A DNA stretch of 64,000 nt from Bacteroidota bacterium (GTDB lineage: Bacteria > Bacteroidota > Ignavibacteria > UBA10030 > UBA6906). Made by a program: the position numbers and the translations under genes. Below are positions 37,173 through 46,472 of this stretch, in pieces (positions within the stretch are counted from its first letter, which is position 1; each line of letters starts with the position of its first letter). The stretch spans positions 4,487-68,486 of the forward strand of contig JBJXHC010000051.1 in assembly GCA_046160825.1 (NCBI GenBank), written 5' to 3'. The notes beneath the pieces were generated by a model that was given only the letters and a program-made list of their open reading frames with translations, searched no databases and was not told the DNA's origin.

Positions 37173-37862
37173 TTATGTACACATTGCAACGTGCTTGCCG
37201 ACATACGCATCGTACACACCGTCAAGGAATTTCCAGAGCGCGTTCGCTGTGCGTCGTGCAGAATTGACAACGTCACCCTCCGCCTCCGGAGCTGTGTTGT
37301 TGGCGATCATCTCGCGTTCTGATCGCGAATGCAACACATCAGCTTCCTGATGAACACTGAAGAACTTGATCGCCGCCGGATCGTCCATGCCATAGAACTG
37401 TTTCAAGCCCCGGATTTTGACACGCGAGACTTCCGGGATTTGTGCCTCATATGCGTACAAGGCCGCTGCGCCTTCCTGGAATGATCCGCCCTTGCAGGAG
37501 TCCATCATTTCCTCCACCAGGTGCGTGGTGGTGGAAAGCGGTGTTGCGGCGAGGACTTCCTGGGTTGTTGCGCCAAGCGCGTTGGCAAAACGCATCCAGA
37601 GCGCGGGGTGATTCTCTTGTCCTTGTTCCTCTTCCATCAGATTCTGGAGAAGCTCCTGTCGCACCGAGATATCGGGTGTGTTGGAATGTACTGCACTTAC
37701 CATGCGCGGGAAATCTTTCACGAAATGATAGTACTGGCACGCATACGACTTGAGCATCTCTTGTGTGAGCTTGCCTTCGTTCCATGCCTGGTAAAACGGA
37801 TGCTTAAGCATCGACCGCTCATCAAGCACGGCATCGAGTGATGCGAGAAGCGTTGCTGACAT
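37173..37862 (-). CDS. CADD/PqqC-like (TenA_C/haem-oxygenase-like fold) di-iron redox protein
   Basis: 229 aa; HPFYQAW...LKSYACQYYHFVKDFPRMV closely resembles the PqqC/CADD N-terminal signature; embedded between murE and ftsI with 23- and 42-bp gaps. Confidence 0.7.
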   Translation of the reverse strand: MSATLLASLDAVLDERSMLKHPFYQAWNEGKLTQEMLKSYACQYYHFVKDFPRMVSAVHSNTPDISVRQELLQNLMEEEQGQENHPALWMRFANALGATTQEVLAATPLSTTTHLVEEMMDSCKGGSFQEGAAALYAYEAQIPEVSRVKIRGLKQFYGMDDPAAIKFFSVHQEADVLHSRSEREMIANNTAPEAEGDVVNSARRTANALWKFLDGVYDAYVGKHVAMCT

Positions 37863-37904
37863 GACTCCTCCTTTTGTGTGTAATGTGAATGAACTTGTTG
37901 TGAG

Positions 37905-40073
37905 CTATTGAATGCTGGCCACGACGGCCCGTCTTGCATCACAGCGCAACGACACCTTCGTTCCGATCTTCACCAGTTGCCCGGCTTTGGGTGTTTGCAT
38001 ACGCACAACACCGGAGCCTTCAATGTTGACATCAAGATGATGGATGACAAGCTTGTTAATGGCCCGGCGAATTGTCAATCCCCTGAGATCCGGAACGACA
38101 GCGTATCCTTTCTTGACCGCGATAACATCGGAGGTTACGAGTTTCACAATCTCTTTGCGGCGAATTTTTGTGCCGGGAATCGGCTGCTGCTTGTAGACAA
38201 CATCGCCGCTTCCTTCAAGATTAACTTCGAAGCCGTGTGACTCCAGAATCTCCGTCGCAACCGCCGTTTTCATATTTGAAACATCCGGCACGGCAACGGG
38301 AATCTGTCCCGCGATTACGACGTCGGGTGTTCGCGCGAAGCGTCCCGATGTGGTGCTCACCTTTGCCGCAATTGCTTTGAAGATTGGCGCGCTCGCAAGT
38401 GCGCCCGTATATCCTTCACGTGGATTGTCCAGCATAACAACACAGACGACTTGCGGATCCTCGGCGGGGAAAAAACCGGCAAAGGATGCTGTGTATTTTC
38501 CAGGCTCGTACCGTCCATCAATAACCTTTCGAGACGTCCCCGTCTTCCCCGCAACGGAAAGCCCTTCCACCTTTGCGGTCATGCCTGTTCCCCGCTCCAC
38601 AACACCTTTCAATAATTCAGTAAGCTGCTGCGCAGTCTCAGACGAGATCACCGTACGGATCACCTGCGGTCGCGTCTCGGATTCCACTTCATCGTGCTCA
38701 TCCAGAATCTTACCCACAATAAAAGGCTTCATCAGTACGCCGTTGTTGGCAACCGCTGCGTAGGCTGCTGCAATTTGCAATGGCGTGGCTCCGACTTCAT
38801 ATCCGTATGCTATCGAGTTGAGTGTCGTCCCCGACCATTGGGTGGGCTTTTTCAACTCCCCATTCACTTCGCCCGAGAGTCCGAGTCCCGTCGAAATCCC
38901 AAACCCAAAATCTCTTGCTGTGGTGTATAGAACTTCCGCTCCGATGCGGTCGGAAACCTTGGCCATCACGATGTTGCTGGAAACCTCAACCGCTTCCTGG
39001 AACGACAACCAGCCGTGTTCGTGTGTGTCGGTGATGGTGCGGGAATTGCCACGCGCGAACTTCACCACATACTTTCCGTTCTCTGCAAAGAATTTCTCCC
39101 CTTTCTTGATCAGTTCTTCTTCAAGAGCAGCCGACACTGTGACGATCTTGAATACGGAGCCTGGTTCGAACATGTCTGTAATGACCCTGTTCTTCATTGC
39201 TGTCGCGTTCGCGGAAGAGAAAGAGTTCGGGTTCAAGCTTGGATTATTCGCCATCGCCAGCACCTCGCCCGTCCGCGGATCCAGCATTACTACCAGCCCG
39301 CTTTCCGCCTTGGCTCGCTCTATTCCCCTCTTGAGTTCCTCTTCGGCAATCTGCTGAAGTTCCAAGTCGAGCGTCAGCACAATACTCTTTCCGCTGACAG
39401 GCTCGACTCGCGGATAGTCGACCGAGGGGTGGCTGCGCCCAAGGCCGTCGCGCTGCATCACCACGTTGCCGCTTTTGCCGCGAAGATGGTCATCAAATTG
39501 CAGCTCTACACCACTGAGACCCTTGTTATCCACGTCCGTAAATCCGATGAGCTGGCCTGCAACGTGCTCATAGTGATAAATTCTCTTGGGCTCATCTATC
39601 CTGATCAGTCCGGTAAAGTCCTTCGGTCGAATGAGAGCCTCCTTCCCGGGATCGGCACCGCGTTCGAGCCACACGAACCGACGACCGGGAACGCGGAGAA
39701 GCCGGAGATAGTGCTCGGTCGACTTATTGAATGCTCGCGCAAAACGTCTTGCAACGGTCTGGGCCGAAGCTCCCAACATTTTCGGATCGGCTGCAAACGA
39801 GACAAACATTGAATTCGATGCGAGCACGTTACCGTGGCGGTCCTGGACCGTTCCACGCAATGCAGGCAAGGGAACTTCCGATTCATATTGGCGGCGCGCA
39901 ATCTCTTTGTACTTCTGAGCGTCAATCACCTGAATCTGAATCAGGCGCAACGCGACAACACAGAAGAACATCAGCAGGCCGATCTTGAGTGCAAGCACCC
40001 TGCGTAGCGCGCCTTTTCGCTGCGCTTCCGGAGGTATTTTTTCTTGCGGAGTATTCTGTTTCCTGCCAAACAT
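37905..40073 (-). CDS. ftsI: peptidoglycan D,D-transpeptidase FtsI (PBP3) with two C-terminal PASTA domains
   Basis: 722 aa; N-terminal TM, dimerisation domain, transpeptidase STxK...SxN...KTG motifs; C-terminal ~140 aa form two PASTA-like repeats (...EGSGDVVYKQQPIPGTKI... and ...EGSGVVRMQTPKAGQLVKIGTKVSL...). Confidence 0.9.
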   Translation of the reverse strand: MFGRKQNTPQEKIPPEAQRKGALRRVLALKIGLLMFFCVVALRLIQIQVIDAQKYKEIARRQYESEVPLPALRGTVQDRHGNVLASNSMFVSFAADPKMLGASAQTVARRFARAFNKSTEHYLRLLRVPGRRFVWLERGADPGKEALIRPKDFTGLIRIDEPKRIYHYEHVAGQLIGFTDVDNKGLSGVELQFDDHLRGKSGNVVMQRDGLGRSHPSVDYPRVEPVSGKSIVLTLDLELQQIAEEELKRGIERAKAESGLVVMLDPRTGEVLAMANNPSLNPNSFSSANATAMKNRVITDMFEPGSVFKIVTVSAALEEELIKKGEKFFAENGKYVVKFARGNSRTITDTHEHGWLSFQEAVEVSSNIVMAKVSDRIGAEVLYTTARDFGFGISTGLGLSGEVNGELKKPTQWSGTTLNSIAYGYEVGATPLQIAAAYAAVANNGVLMKPFIVGKILDEHDEVESETRPQVIRTVISSETAQQLTELLKGVVERGTGMTAKVEGLSVAGKTGTSRKVIDGRYEPGKYTASFAGFFPAEDPQVVCVVMLDNPREGYTGALASAPIFKAIAAKVSTTSGRFARTPDVVIAGQIPVAVPDVSNMKTAVATEILESHGFEVNLEGSGDVVYKQQPIPGTKIRRKEIVKLVTSDVIAVKKGYAVVPDLRGLTIRRAINKLVIHHLDVNIEGSGVVRMQTPKAGQLVKIGTKVSLRCDARRAVVASIQ

Positions 40074-40081
40074 TCGTCGAA

Positions 40082-40543
40082 TTATTGATCCTCTGCCAAC
40101 GCGCTGTAGTCTTCCACATCAAACCATTTCGGCTGTTCATCGGGATGCTCGAGGCCTAGTTCCTCGGCTGCGATGCGCCCGATGCGCTCCCACCGCGACT
40201 TGCGGTCGATCTCCGCCCGCAGGATCTGGTTCGCACCAACCAGCTTATCGAGTTGCAGCTGCATGTTGCTGACATCGTCTGCAAATTTGTTCACTGCGAG
40301 AATGTTGCTGATGTAGAGAACGATCGCTACGCCGGAACCGAAGATCGCAGCTATGATATTGAATGTGGACCGCCTCCGGCGCACGCCTTTTCTGTTTTGC
40401 GGTACGGCATAACCGGCGATCTTCCTCTGTGGGTCGCCCCCGTAAATATGTTTGCGTTGAGGCTCGACCCGCAGGGGCCTGGGTTGTGTATCGGGTTTCG
40501 ATCGCTCGATCATTTCCTGTATGTCTTCTGTCAGCTTTGCCAT
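40082..40543 (-). CDS. ftsL: cell division protein FtsL-like (basic N-terminus, single TM, coiled coil)
   Basis: 153 aa; architecture and position between rsmH and ftsI. Confidence 0.6.
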   Translation of the reverse strand: MAKLTEDIQEMIERSKPDTQPRPLRVEPQRKHIYGGDPQRKIAGYAVPQNRKGVRRRRSTFNIIAAIFGSGVAIVLYISNILAVNKFADDVSNMQLQLDKLVGANQILRAEIDRKSRWERIGRIAAEELGLEHPDEQPKWFDVEDYSALAEDQ

Positions 40544-40546
40544 CGG

Positions 40547-41473
40547 CTATTCCACTATGCGTTCCGCTGCCCGTAATTTCGCGCTGCGCGACCGTGGATT
40601 CTGCGCTTGTTCCTCGTCCCCGGCAACAATGGGTTTCTTCGTTAACATCTTCAGATGAGGAACAATCTGTCGGTCTGGCAAATACTTGTCACCGGAACGC
40701 ACAACACTCGCCGACTCCGCGCGGAAAAAATCCTTCACAATTCTATCTTCCAATGAATGATAGGAGATGACTACGATCCTGCCGCCCGGTCGCACAACAT
40801 CAATGCTCTCTTTCAATACCGTCTTCAGACTCTCGAGCTCACCGTTCACTTCGATGCGGATTGCCTGGAACACGCGCGCCAGCGATTTCGTCAGGAACCT
40901 TTCTCCTACAGCCGCTTGGATGATCGCTCGGAGATTCCCGGTAGTCTCAATCGGCCTCTCCGCCACAATGGATCTTGCTATCCGGCGCGATGCCCGCTCC
41001 TCACCATACTTCCAGAGCACGTCTGCAAGCGCCCGTTCCTCGTACTCATTTACCACACGCCACCCCGTCATCTCGCCTCGCCTGTCCATCCGCATATCAA
41101 TGGGTTCATCTGCTCGAAATGAGAACCCCCTGGTTCCCTCATCAAGATGGTGCGACGAAACACCAAGGTCGAGAAGCAGCCCGCTTATCGCTGAAATCCC
41201 GTGAGATAAAAGCTCGCTCTTGAGATTTCTAAAATTTGAATGAACAAGTATCGTATTGGAGCATTGTTGTGCAAGGCGATTTTTCGCGATTACCAATGCC
41301 TGCTCGTCCGCATCAAAACAAATGAGACGCGCGTGGCCTTCGGTACTCCGGCAAATCCCCTCTGAGTGTCCGCCACCTCCAACCGTCGCATCAACGTATG
41401 ATCCACTGCGATCGGTGATGAGAAGATTGAGAGACTCGTGAAGGAGAACCGGTTCATGAAATAATGTTGACAT
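40547..41473 (-). CDS. rsmH: 16S rRNA (cytosine1402-N4)-methyltransferase
   Basis: 308 aa; MraW family motifs (DATVGGGGHS, SAM-binding). Confidence 0.95.
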   Translation of the reverse strand: MSTLFHEPVLLHESLNLLITDRSGSYVDATVGGGGHSEGICRSTEGHARLICFDADEQALVIAKNRLAQQCSNTILVHSNFRNLKSELLSHGISAISGLLLDLGVSSHHLDEGTRGFSFRADEPIDMRMDRRGEMTGWRVVNEYEERALADVLWKYGEERASRRIARSIVAERPIETTGNLRAIIQAAVGERFLTKSLARVFQAIRIEVNGELESLKTVLKESIDVVRPGGRIVVISYHSLEDRIVKDFFRAESASVVRSGDKYLPDRQIVPHLKMLTKKPIVAGDEEQAQNPRSRSAKLRAAERIVE

Positions 41474-41508
41474 ACAACCACCGCGGGCATCGCCGCGCTC
41501 GCGATGAT

Positions 41509-41952
41509 TTATTTCGTGAACACCCGGTGTGCGATCTCTTCGTAACTCTCGGATTGTTTCTTCAGGTACTCTTTATACATTCCTGGATTCCACACTTCTA
41601 TACGCTCGAGCACTCCGAGAATGAGCACTTCGTTTTCAATCGCTGCGAACTGCAAAAGCTCTTTGGGAATCGTAATTCGTGACTGACCATCAAGTTGAGA
41701 ATCAATTGCCCATTGCAGAAGGGTGCGCGTGAAGTAACGATGCTGAGGATCGGATGGCGAGAGTTTTCGGACTGCGGCTTCCAGGGCATTCCATTCATCA
41801 AGGGGGTAGATGAACAAACACTGTTCAAACCCGCGCGTGAGAACAAACGTGTCGTTCGCTTCGAGAGAAACATTCTTCCGCAGCTTGACCGGGATGTTTA
41901 TCCGCCCCTTGTTGTCAACGGAGTATGAGTAGGATCCTTTGAAGGAGGACAT
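41509..41952 (-). CDS. mraZ: transcriptional regulator MraZ
   Basis: MSSFKGSYSYSVDNKGRINIPVKLR... matches the MraZ N-terminal DxxGR repeat. The longest ORF starts at 42000, but the conserved N-terminus begins at the ATG at 41952. Confidence 0.85.
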   Translation of the reverse strand: MSSFKGSYSYSVDNKGRINIPVKLRKNVSLEANDTFVLTRGFEQCLFIYPLDEWNALEAAVRKLSPSDPQHRYFTRTLLQWAIDSQLDGQSRITIPKELLQFAAIENEVLILGVLERIEVWNPGMYKEYLKKQSESYEEIAHRVFTK

Positions 41953-41995
41953 TTGAACATTAAAATTAAGGCATTTTCGGTGAGCGGAATGATTA

Positions 41996-42021
41996 CCCAC
42001 CAGTTACCCACTTTTCCCCAC
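41996..42021 (-). promoter_or_regulatory. three GTGGG direct repeats with 10-11 bp periodicity (putative MraZ operator) immediately upstream of mraZ
   Basis: Minus-strand reading: GTGGG-gaaaa-GTGGG-taactg-GTGGG, 45-70 bp upstream of the mraZ start; matches the (T)GGGN-N5 direct-repeat architecture of characterised MraZ operators. Confidence 0.45.
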
Positions 42022-42134
42022 GACTCCAAAGATAGGGTTTTGAATCTGAAAGTCAAGAGCAAAGTTGCTTGAATTGAATTACTTTTGAGGATTTATGGTT
42101 AGCTGAAAAATTGCGGATAAATTCGTGGTGGTGA

Positions 42135-45100
42135 TTACCCACCAAGGGCGGATTGCTCTTTTTGGGAATGGACCAAGTGTGATAAAAGTTCCAGGCATTG
42201 GCCTGAGGGGCTCTTGCTCATATATCCTTTGCCAAAGTTAGCGGTCAGAACCAAGGCATCCTTGGTATTCTTAAGTATGACACCCATCGATCTGGAGCTG
42301 GCGATCCTAGTCATAAGTTGTTGGAAGTCCTCGGATTCATAAAAGCGCTTGTTGGAGGATGGTGGAAACTGCAGTTCCGCTCCTGATTGGCCAATTTTTA
42401 CTTTCCTAAAGCCAATCTTAGCGGCAAGAAGCTTAACGCGAATGATACTGATGAGCTCGTTGAATTCGGTCGGATTCGGTCCGAACCGATCTCGTACCTC
42501 ATGGACCATTTCGTCAAGTTGGGCTTGGCTGCTGATCGCATAAAGCCTTCTATAGATCTCCAGACGTTCCGCATCATTCTCCACGTATGATTTCGGAATC
42601 AACGCACTCACGGTGGAATCCACAATGGTTTCTGTGGACGAGAGAGACTGGCGGATTTCGCCAGCGAAGAGATCCTGGAATTCCTCGTCCTTCAGTTCTC
42701 CAACCGCTTCTTCCAAAATCCTTGTGTACGTCTCAAAGCCCATGGTTTCAATGAACCCGCTCTGCTCGGCACCAAGAAGATTTCCCGCGCCGCGGATTTC
42801 CAGGTCGCGCATCGCGAGGTGAAAGCCCGAACCCAACTCCGTGAATTCCTCAACAGCCTGAAGTCGGAGAAGCGTATTCTTGGGAAGAGCACCCAGCGGT
42901 GGCGTGAGAAGGTAAGCGTACGCCTGAACATTCGATCGTCCGACTCGTCCGCGCAACTGATACAACTCAGCCATGCCAAACCGGTCGGCTCGATTAATAA
43001 TAATGGTGTTCACGTTCGGGATATCCAGCCCGGATTCTATTATTTTAGTACAGACGAGGACGTCAAACTTTTTCTCCAGAAAATCCAACATCACTTCCTC
43101 AAGCTCATGGCCTTGCATCTGACCGTGCGCGTATCGCACGCGCACGCCGGGGACTGCTCGCTGAATTTGCTTGCAGGTGTCTTCGATGTTGCTTACCCGG
43201 TCATGGACGAAGTACACCTGGCCGCTACGTCCCGTTTCTTTAATGATGGCGTCCCGGATAAGATCGTCGCTGTATTGTGTAACCTCCGTTATCACGGGAC
43301 GGCGGTTTCGCGGAGGGGTAGCGATAATGGAAAGATCGCGGGCACCCATCAGGGAGAAATGCAGCGTACGTGGTATGGGTGTTGCCGTGAGTGTCAACGT
43401 ATCCACGTTTGCTTTGATCCGGCGGAGTTTTTCTTTGGCTGTCACACCAAAGCGGTGCTCCTCGTCGATAATCAGGAGTCCAAGGTCCTTAAACAAAACG
43501 TCCTTCGATAACAACCTGTGCGTGCCGATGATGACATCCACCCCTCCGGTCTTCAATGCTTCTGTAATGGAAGTCTGCTCGGCTTTTGAGTTGAACCGTG
43601 TAAGAGCCCGCACGTTTATCGAATACCGCGACGTCCGATCGATGAATGTGTTGAGATGCTGCAGCGCTAGAATTGTGGTTGGAACGAGTACTGCTGCCTG
43701 CTTCCCACTCATGACTGCTTTGAATGCGGCACGGACCGCAACTTCTGTTTTTCCAAATCCAACATCTCCACAGATCAACCGGTCCATCGGTGCTGGCGCT
43801 TCCATGTCTTGTTTCACCTCGCGCGTGGCTTTTGCCTGGTCGAATGTATCCTCGTACATGAACGACGCCTCAAGCTCCATTTGCCAGGGCGTATCCGCAA
43901 CGAAGGCAAATCCCTGTGTGCTTTTGCGCTTAGCATACAGTTTGATGAGATCGCGGGCAATGTCCTTGATTCGCTTCTTCGCCCGGGCCTTGAGTTTCTC
44001 CCAATCCGGACGTCCGAGACGGGTGAGCTTGGGGACATGCCCTTCCTTCGAAGAGAACCTTTGGACGCGATTCAAATAGTTGAGATTGACATAGAGTGTA
44101 TCGCCCCCATCGTACGATAGCGTTAGCACCTCCTGTTCTGTTCCCTGCACCGTAATCTTTTTGAGACCATCAAATTTCCCTATGCCGTGGTCGGTGTGTA
44201 CAACAAAGTCGCCACGCCGTAATTGGCGCGCTTCCTTTTCTGAAAACCCCCGTAGCCGCGGTTTACGCTTGCCGCCTCTGCGTTTCAGGCGGTTGAATAT
44301 CTGATGTTCCGTGAAAACAGCAATCTTTAGATCGTCAATCCGGAATCCGCTGAAAAGCGAAGTGTCGGTGAACGTCAGACGCGAGAGATCAAGTTGAACT
44401 GTTTCTTCGTTCTCATCATCACTTTCACGATCAGCCAACAAATCTTTCAGTCGGGCCAGTTCGGACTGCGTATCGCATGTGAGGAATATTTGGTAGTCAC
44501 GCTGCTGTAGGTCGCTCAAAGTCTGTCGTAGGAAGCGTGTGTTTCCGTTAATGGCCGGTTGCGAAACCGAAGAAAAATCGGCGGCCACGGTTCCCGCGTA
44601 TGGTATGCTGACAATATCGGCTCGTGTGAAACGCGAGAGACCGCCGACAACGGCTGACCAACGATCTTCTGTATCTTCCCGGACATTTCTCTCGATAGAT
44701 CTACGAATGAGTTCGGGTTCCAGAAGGAAGATGACTGCTTGCGGCGAAATGAAATCAACGATCGTGGCAGTATGTTCCGTGTTGGGACTCTCTTCGCTCA
44801 GAGTATTGGGGACGACCGTTGCAAGCTCCAGTTCCTTGATCGACCGTTGCGACAACGCATCAAACTCGCGTATGGACTCAATGCGATCACCGAAGAACTC
44901 CACGCGCACCGGATGGTCTCCTGCAAATGGGAACACGTCAAGGATTCCGCCCCGTACGGCAAAATCACCGCGGGCCTCAACGAAGTCGCTTTTCTGAAAG
45001 CCGAGTTCAGCGAGAAGCTGCGTCGTGGTGGAGAAATCTGTGTCCACACCTCTTCGCAACTCCAATACTTGTTGTGTGATAAACAGCGGTGGCGGGAGTT

Positions 45101-45467
45101 TTCTGAAAAGAGCTTCTCCCGGTACAACGAGCAATCCCGGTGGCTTTGTCGTGAGCACTCGAAGCGTCTCAACGTCACCCGGATGATCGCCAACAGAAGT
45201 TGGGTGACCCTGTTTCTCAACGCCGAACACTCCTGCCGAAGCTCCAAATTGAAGAAAATCTTCATGCAACTGGATCGCCTGTTCCCGGTCACTCGTCACG
45301 ATCAAGCACTGACGCTGGATATCTCCCTGCAGCGACGTGAGCATGACTGAGACCAAAGACCCGGACACGCCGGTAATCACCACTGGCTGTTGTGGAGAGT
45401 TCAGCGATTCGACCAACCGCTGGAACGGAGCGTAACCGCTTAGCGTTAATGTGATTTCGTTAATCAT
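42135..45467 (-). CDS. mfd: transcription-repair coupling factor
   Basis: 1110 aa; UvrB-homology N-terminus, RNAP-interacting domain, superfamily-2 helicase motifs (GDVGFGKTEVA, DEEHRFG), TRG motif. Confidence 0.95.
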   Translation of the reverse strand: MINEITLTLSGYAPFQRLVESLNSPQQPVVITGVSGSLVSVMLTSLQGDIQRQCLIVTSDREQAIQLHEDFLQFGASAGVFGVEKQGHPTSVGDHPGDVETLRVLTTKPPGLLVVPGEALFRKLPPPLFITQQVLELRRGVDTDFSTTTQLLAELGFQKSDFVEARGDFAVRGGILDVFPFAGDHPVRVEFFGDRIESIREFDALSQRSIKELELATVVPNTLSEESPNTEHTATIVDFISPQAVIFLLEPELIRRSIERNVREDTEDRWSAVVGGLSRFTRADIVSIPYAGTVAADFSSVSQPAINGNTRFLRQTLSDLQQRDYQIFLTCDTQSELARLKDLLADRESDDENEETVQLDLSRLTFTDTSLFSGFRIDDLKIAVFTEHQIFNRLKRRGGKRKPRLRGFSEKEARQLRRGDFVVHTDHGIGKFDGLKKITVQGTEQEVLTLSYDGGDTLYVNLNYLNRVQRFSSKEGHVPKLTRLGRPDWEKLKARAKKRIKDIARDLIKLYAKRKSTQGFAFVADTPWQMELEASFMYEDTFDQAKATREVKQDMEAPAPMDRLICGDVGFGKTEVAVRAAFKAVMSGKQAAVLVPTTILALQHLNTFIDRTSRYSINVRALTRFNSKAEQTSITEALKTGGVDVIIGTHRLLSKDVLFKDLGLLIIDEEHRFGVTAKEKLRRIKANVDTLTLTATPIPRTLHFSLMGARDLSIIATPPRNRRPVITEVTQYSDDLIRDAIIKETGRSGQVYFVHDRVSNIEDTCKQIQRAVPGVRVRYAHGQMQGHELEEVMLDFLEKKFDVLVCTKIIESGLDIPNVNTIIINRADRFGMAELYQLRGRVGRSNVQAYAYLLTPPLGALPKNTLLRLQAVEEFTELGSGFHLAMRDLEIRGAGNLLGAEQSGFIETMGFETYTRILEEAVGELKDEEFQDLFAGEIRQSLSSTETIVDSTVSALIPKSYVENDAERLEIYRRLYAISSQAQLDEMVHEVRDRFGPNPTEFNELISIIRVKLLAAKIGFRKVKIGQSGAELQFPPSSNKRFYESEDFQQLMTRIASSRSMGVILKNTKDALVLTANFGKGYMSKSPSGQCLELLSHLVHSQKEQSALGG

Positions 45468-45546
45468 CTATAAACGTACCTTGCCCTGCCACTATCCGAT
45501 TTCCTTGAATAGTGGTAGAGCTGTTTTTTGTTCTATCGTTTGTTCT

Positions 45547-46467
45547 CTATTCCTTTATCGCACGACGGACAAATCCATCTGCATCCCGGAGAACTGCACG
45601 GGCCGTGGCAGCATCAATGCCGCGCTTGATCATGACAATCGCCGTCTTGACGTTGCCACCAGCGTCTACGAGTCTTGTTGCGGCCGTGTCATAACTGACG
45701 TCTGTTGCCATCATGATAATGCGCTTGGCTCGCTCTTCGAGTTTTTTGTTTGTCAGTTGCAGGTCGACCATCATGTTTGCGTACACCTTGCCGAGACGGA
45801 TCATTGAGACCGTACTAATCATATTGAGCACGAGCTTTTGAGCTGTCCCGGATTTCAGACGCGTCGAGCCCATGAGTACCTCTGGCCCCACTTCGGGACA
45901 AATAGCAACATCGACATCGAGATCAAATTCTGCTCGCGGATTTGTGGTAACATAGATTGTCTTTGCTCCCAAACTCTTTGCATGTGCGACTGCCTTAACC
46001 ACGTACGGTGTGCGTCTGCTTGCCGCGATTCCACAGACAACATCTCCCGATCCGACCGCAAGAGCGTCAATATCAATCATCGCTTGTTGCGTGTTATCTT
46101 CAGCGCCTTCCTGTGAGCGAAACATTGCAGCATTGCCCCCAGCGATCACGCCGGTGATTTGCCTGGGGTCCGTTCCAAAAGTCGGCGGACATTCGGATGC
46201 ATCAATCACACCGAGTCTCCCGCTTGACCCTGCGCCAACATAAATCAGCCTGCCGCCACTCCTGAGCGCCGCAACGACAAGGTCGACTGCTTGAGCAATG
46301 AAATATATCTCATGTTCAACCGCATGAGCAACATTCTTGTCCTCGGCGTTAATGAGTTTAAGAACAGTGGTGGTTGGAAGAGAATCAATCTCTTCTGTGT
46401 TTGGATTTCTCTGCTCTGTCAAAAGCTGTGAGAGATCTCTAAACAATTCAATATCATTTTTCATCAT
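45547..46467 (-). CDS. murQ: N-acetylmuramic acid 6-phosphate etherase
   Basis: 306 aa; SIS domain, MurQ N-terminus (TEQRNPNTEEID), catalytic region. Confidence 0.85.
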   Translation of the reverse strand: MMKNDIELFRDLSQLLTEQRNPNTEEIDSLPTTTVLKLINAEDKNVAHAVEHEIYFIAQAVDLVVAALRSGGRLIYVGAGSSGRLGVIDASECPPTFGTDPRQITGVIAGGNAAMFRSQEGAEDNTQQAMIDIDALAVGSGDVVCGIAASRRTPYVVKAVAHAKSLGAKTIYVTTNPRAEFDLDVDVAICPEVGPEVLMGSTRLKSGTAQKLVLNMISTVSMIRLGKVYANMMVDLQLTNKKLEERAKRIIMMATDVSYDTAATRLVDAGGNVKTAIVMIKRGIDAATARAVLRDADGFVRRAIKE

Positions 46468-46472
46468 AACGG

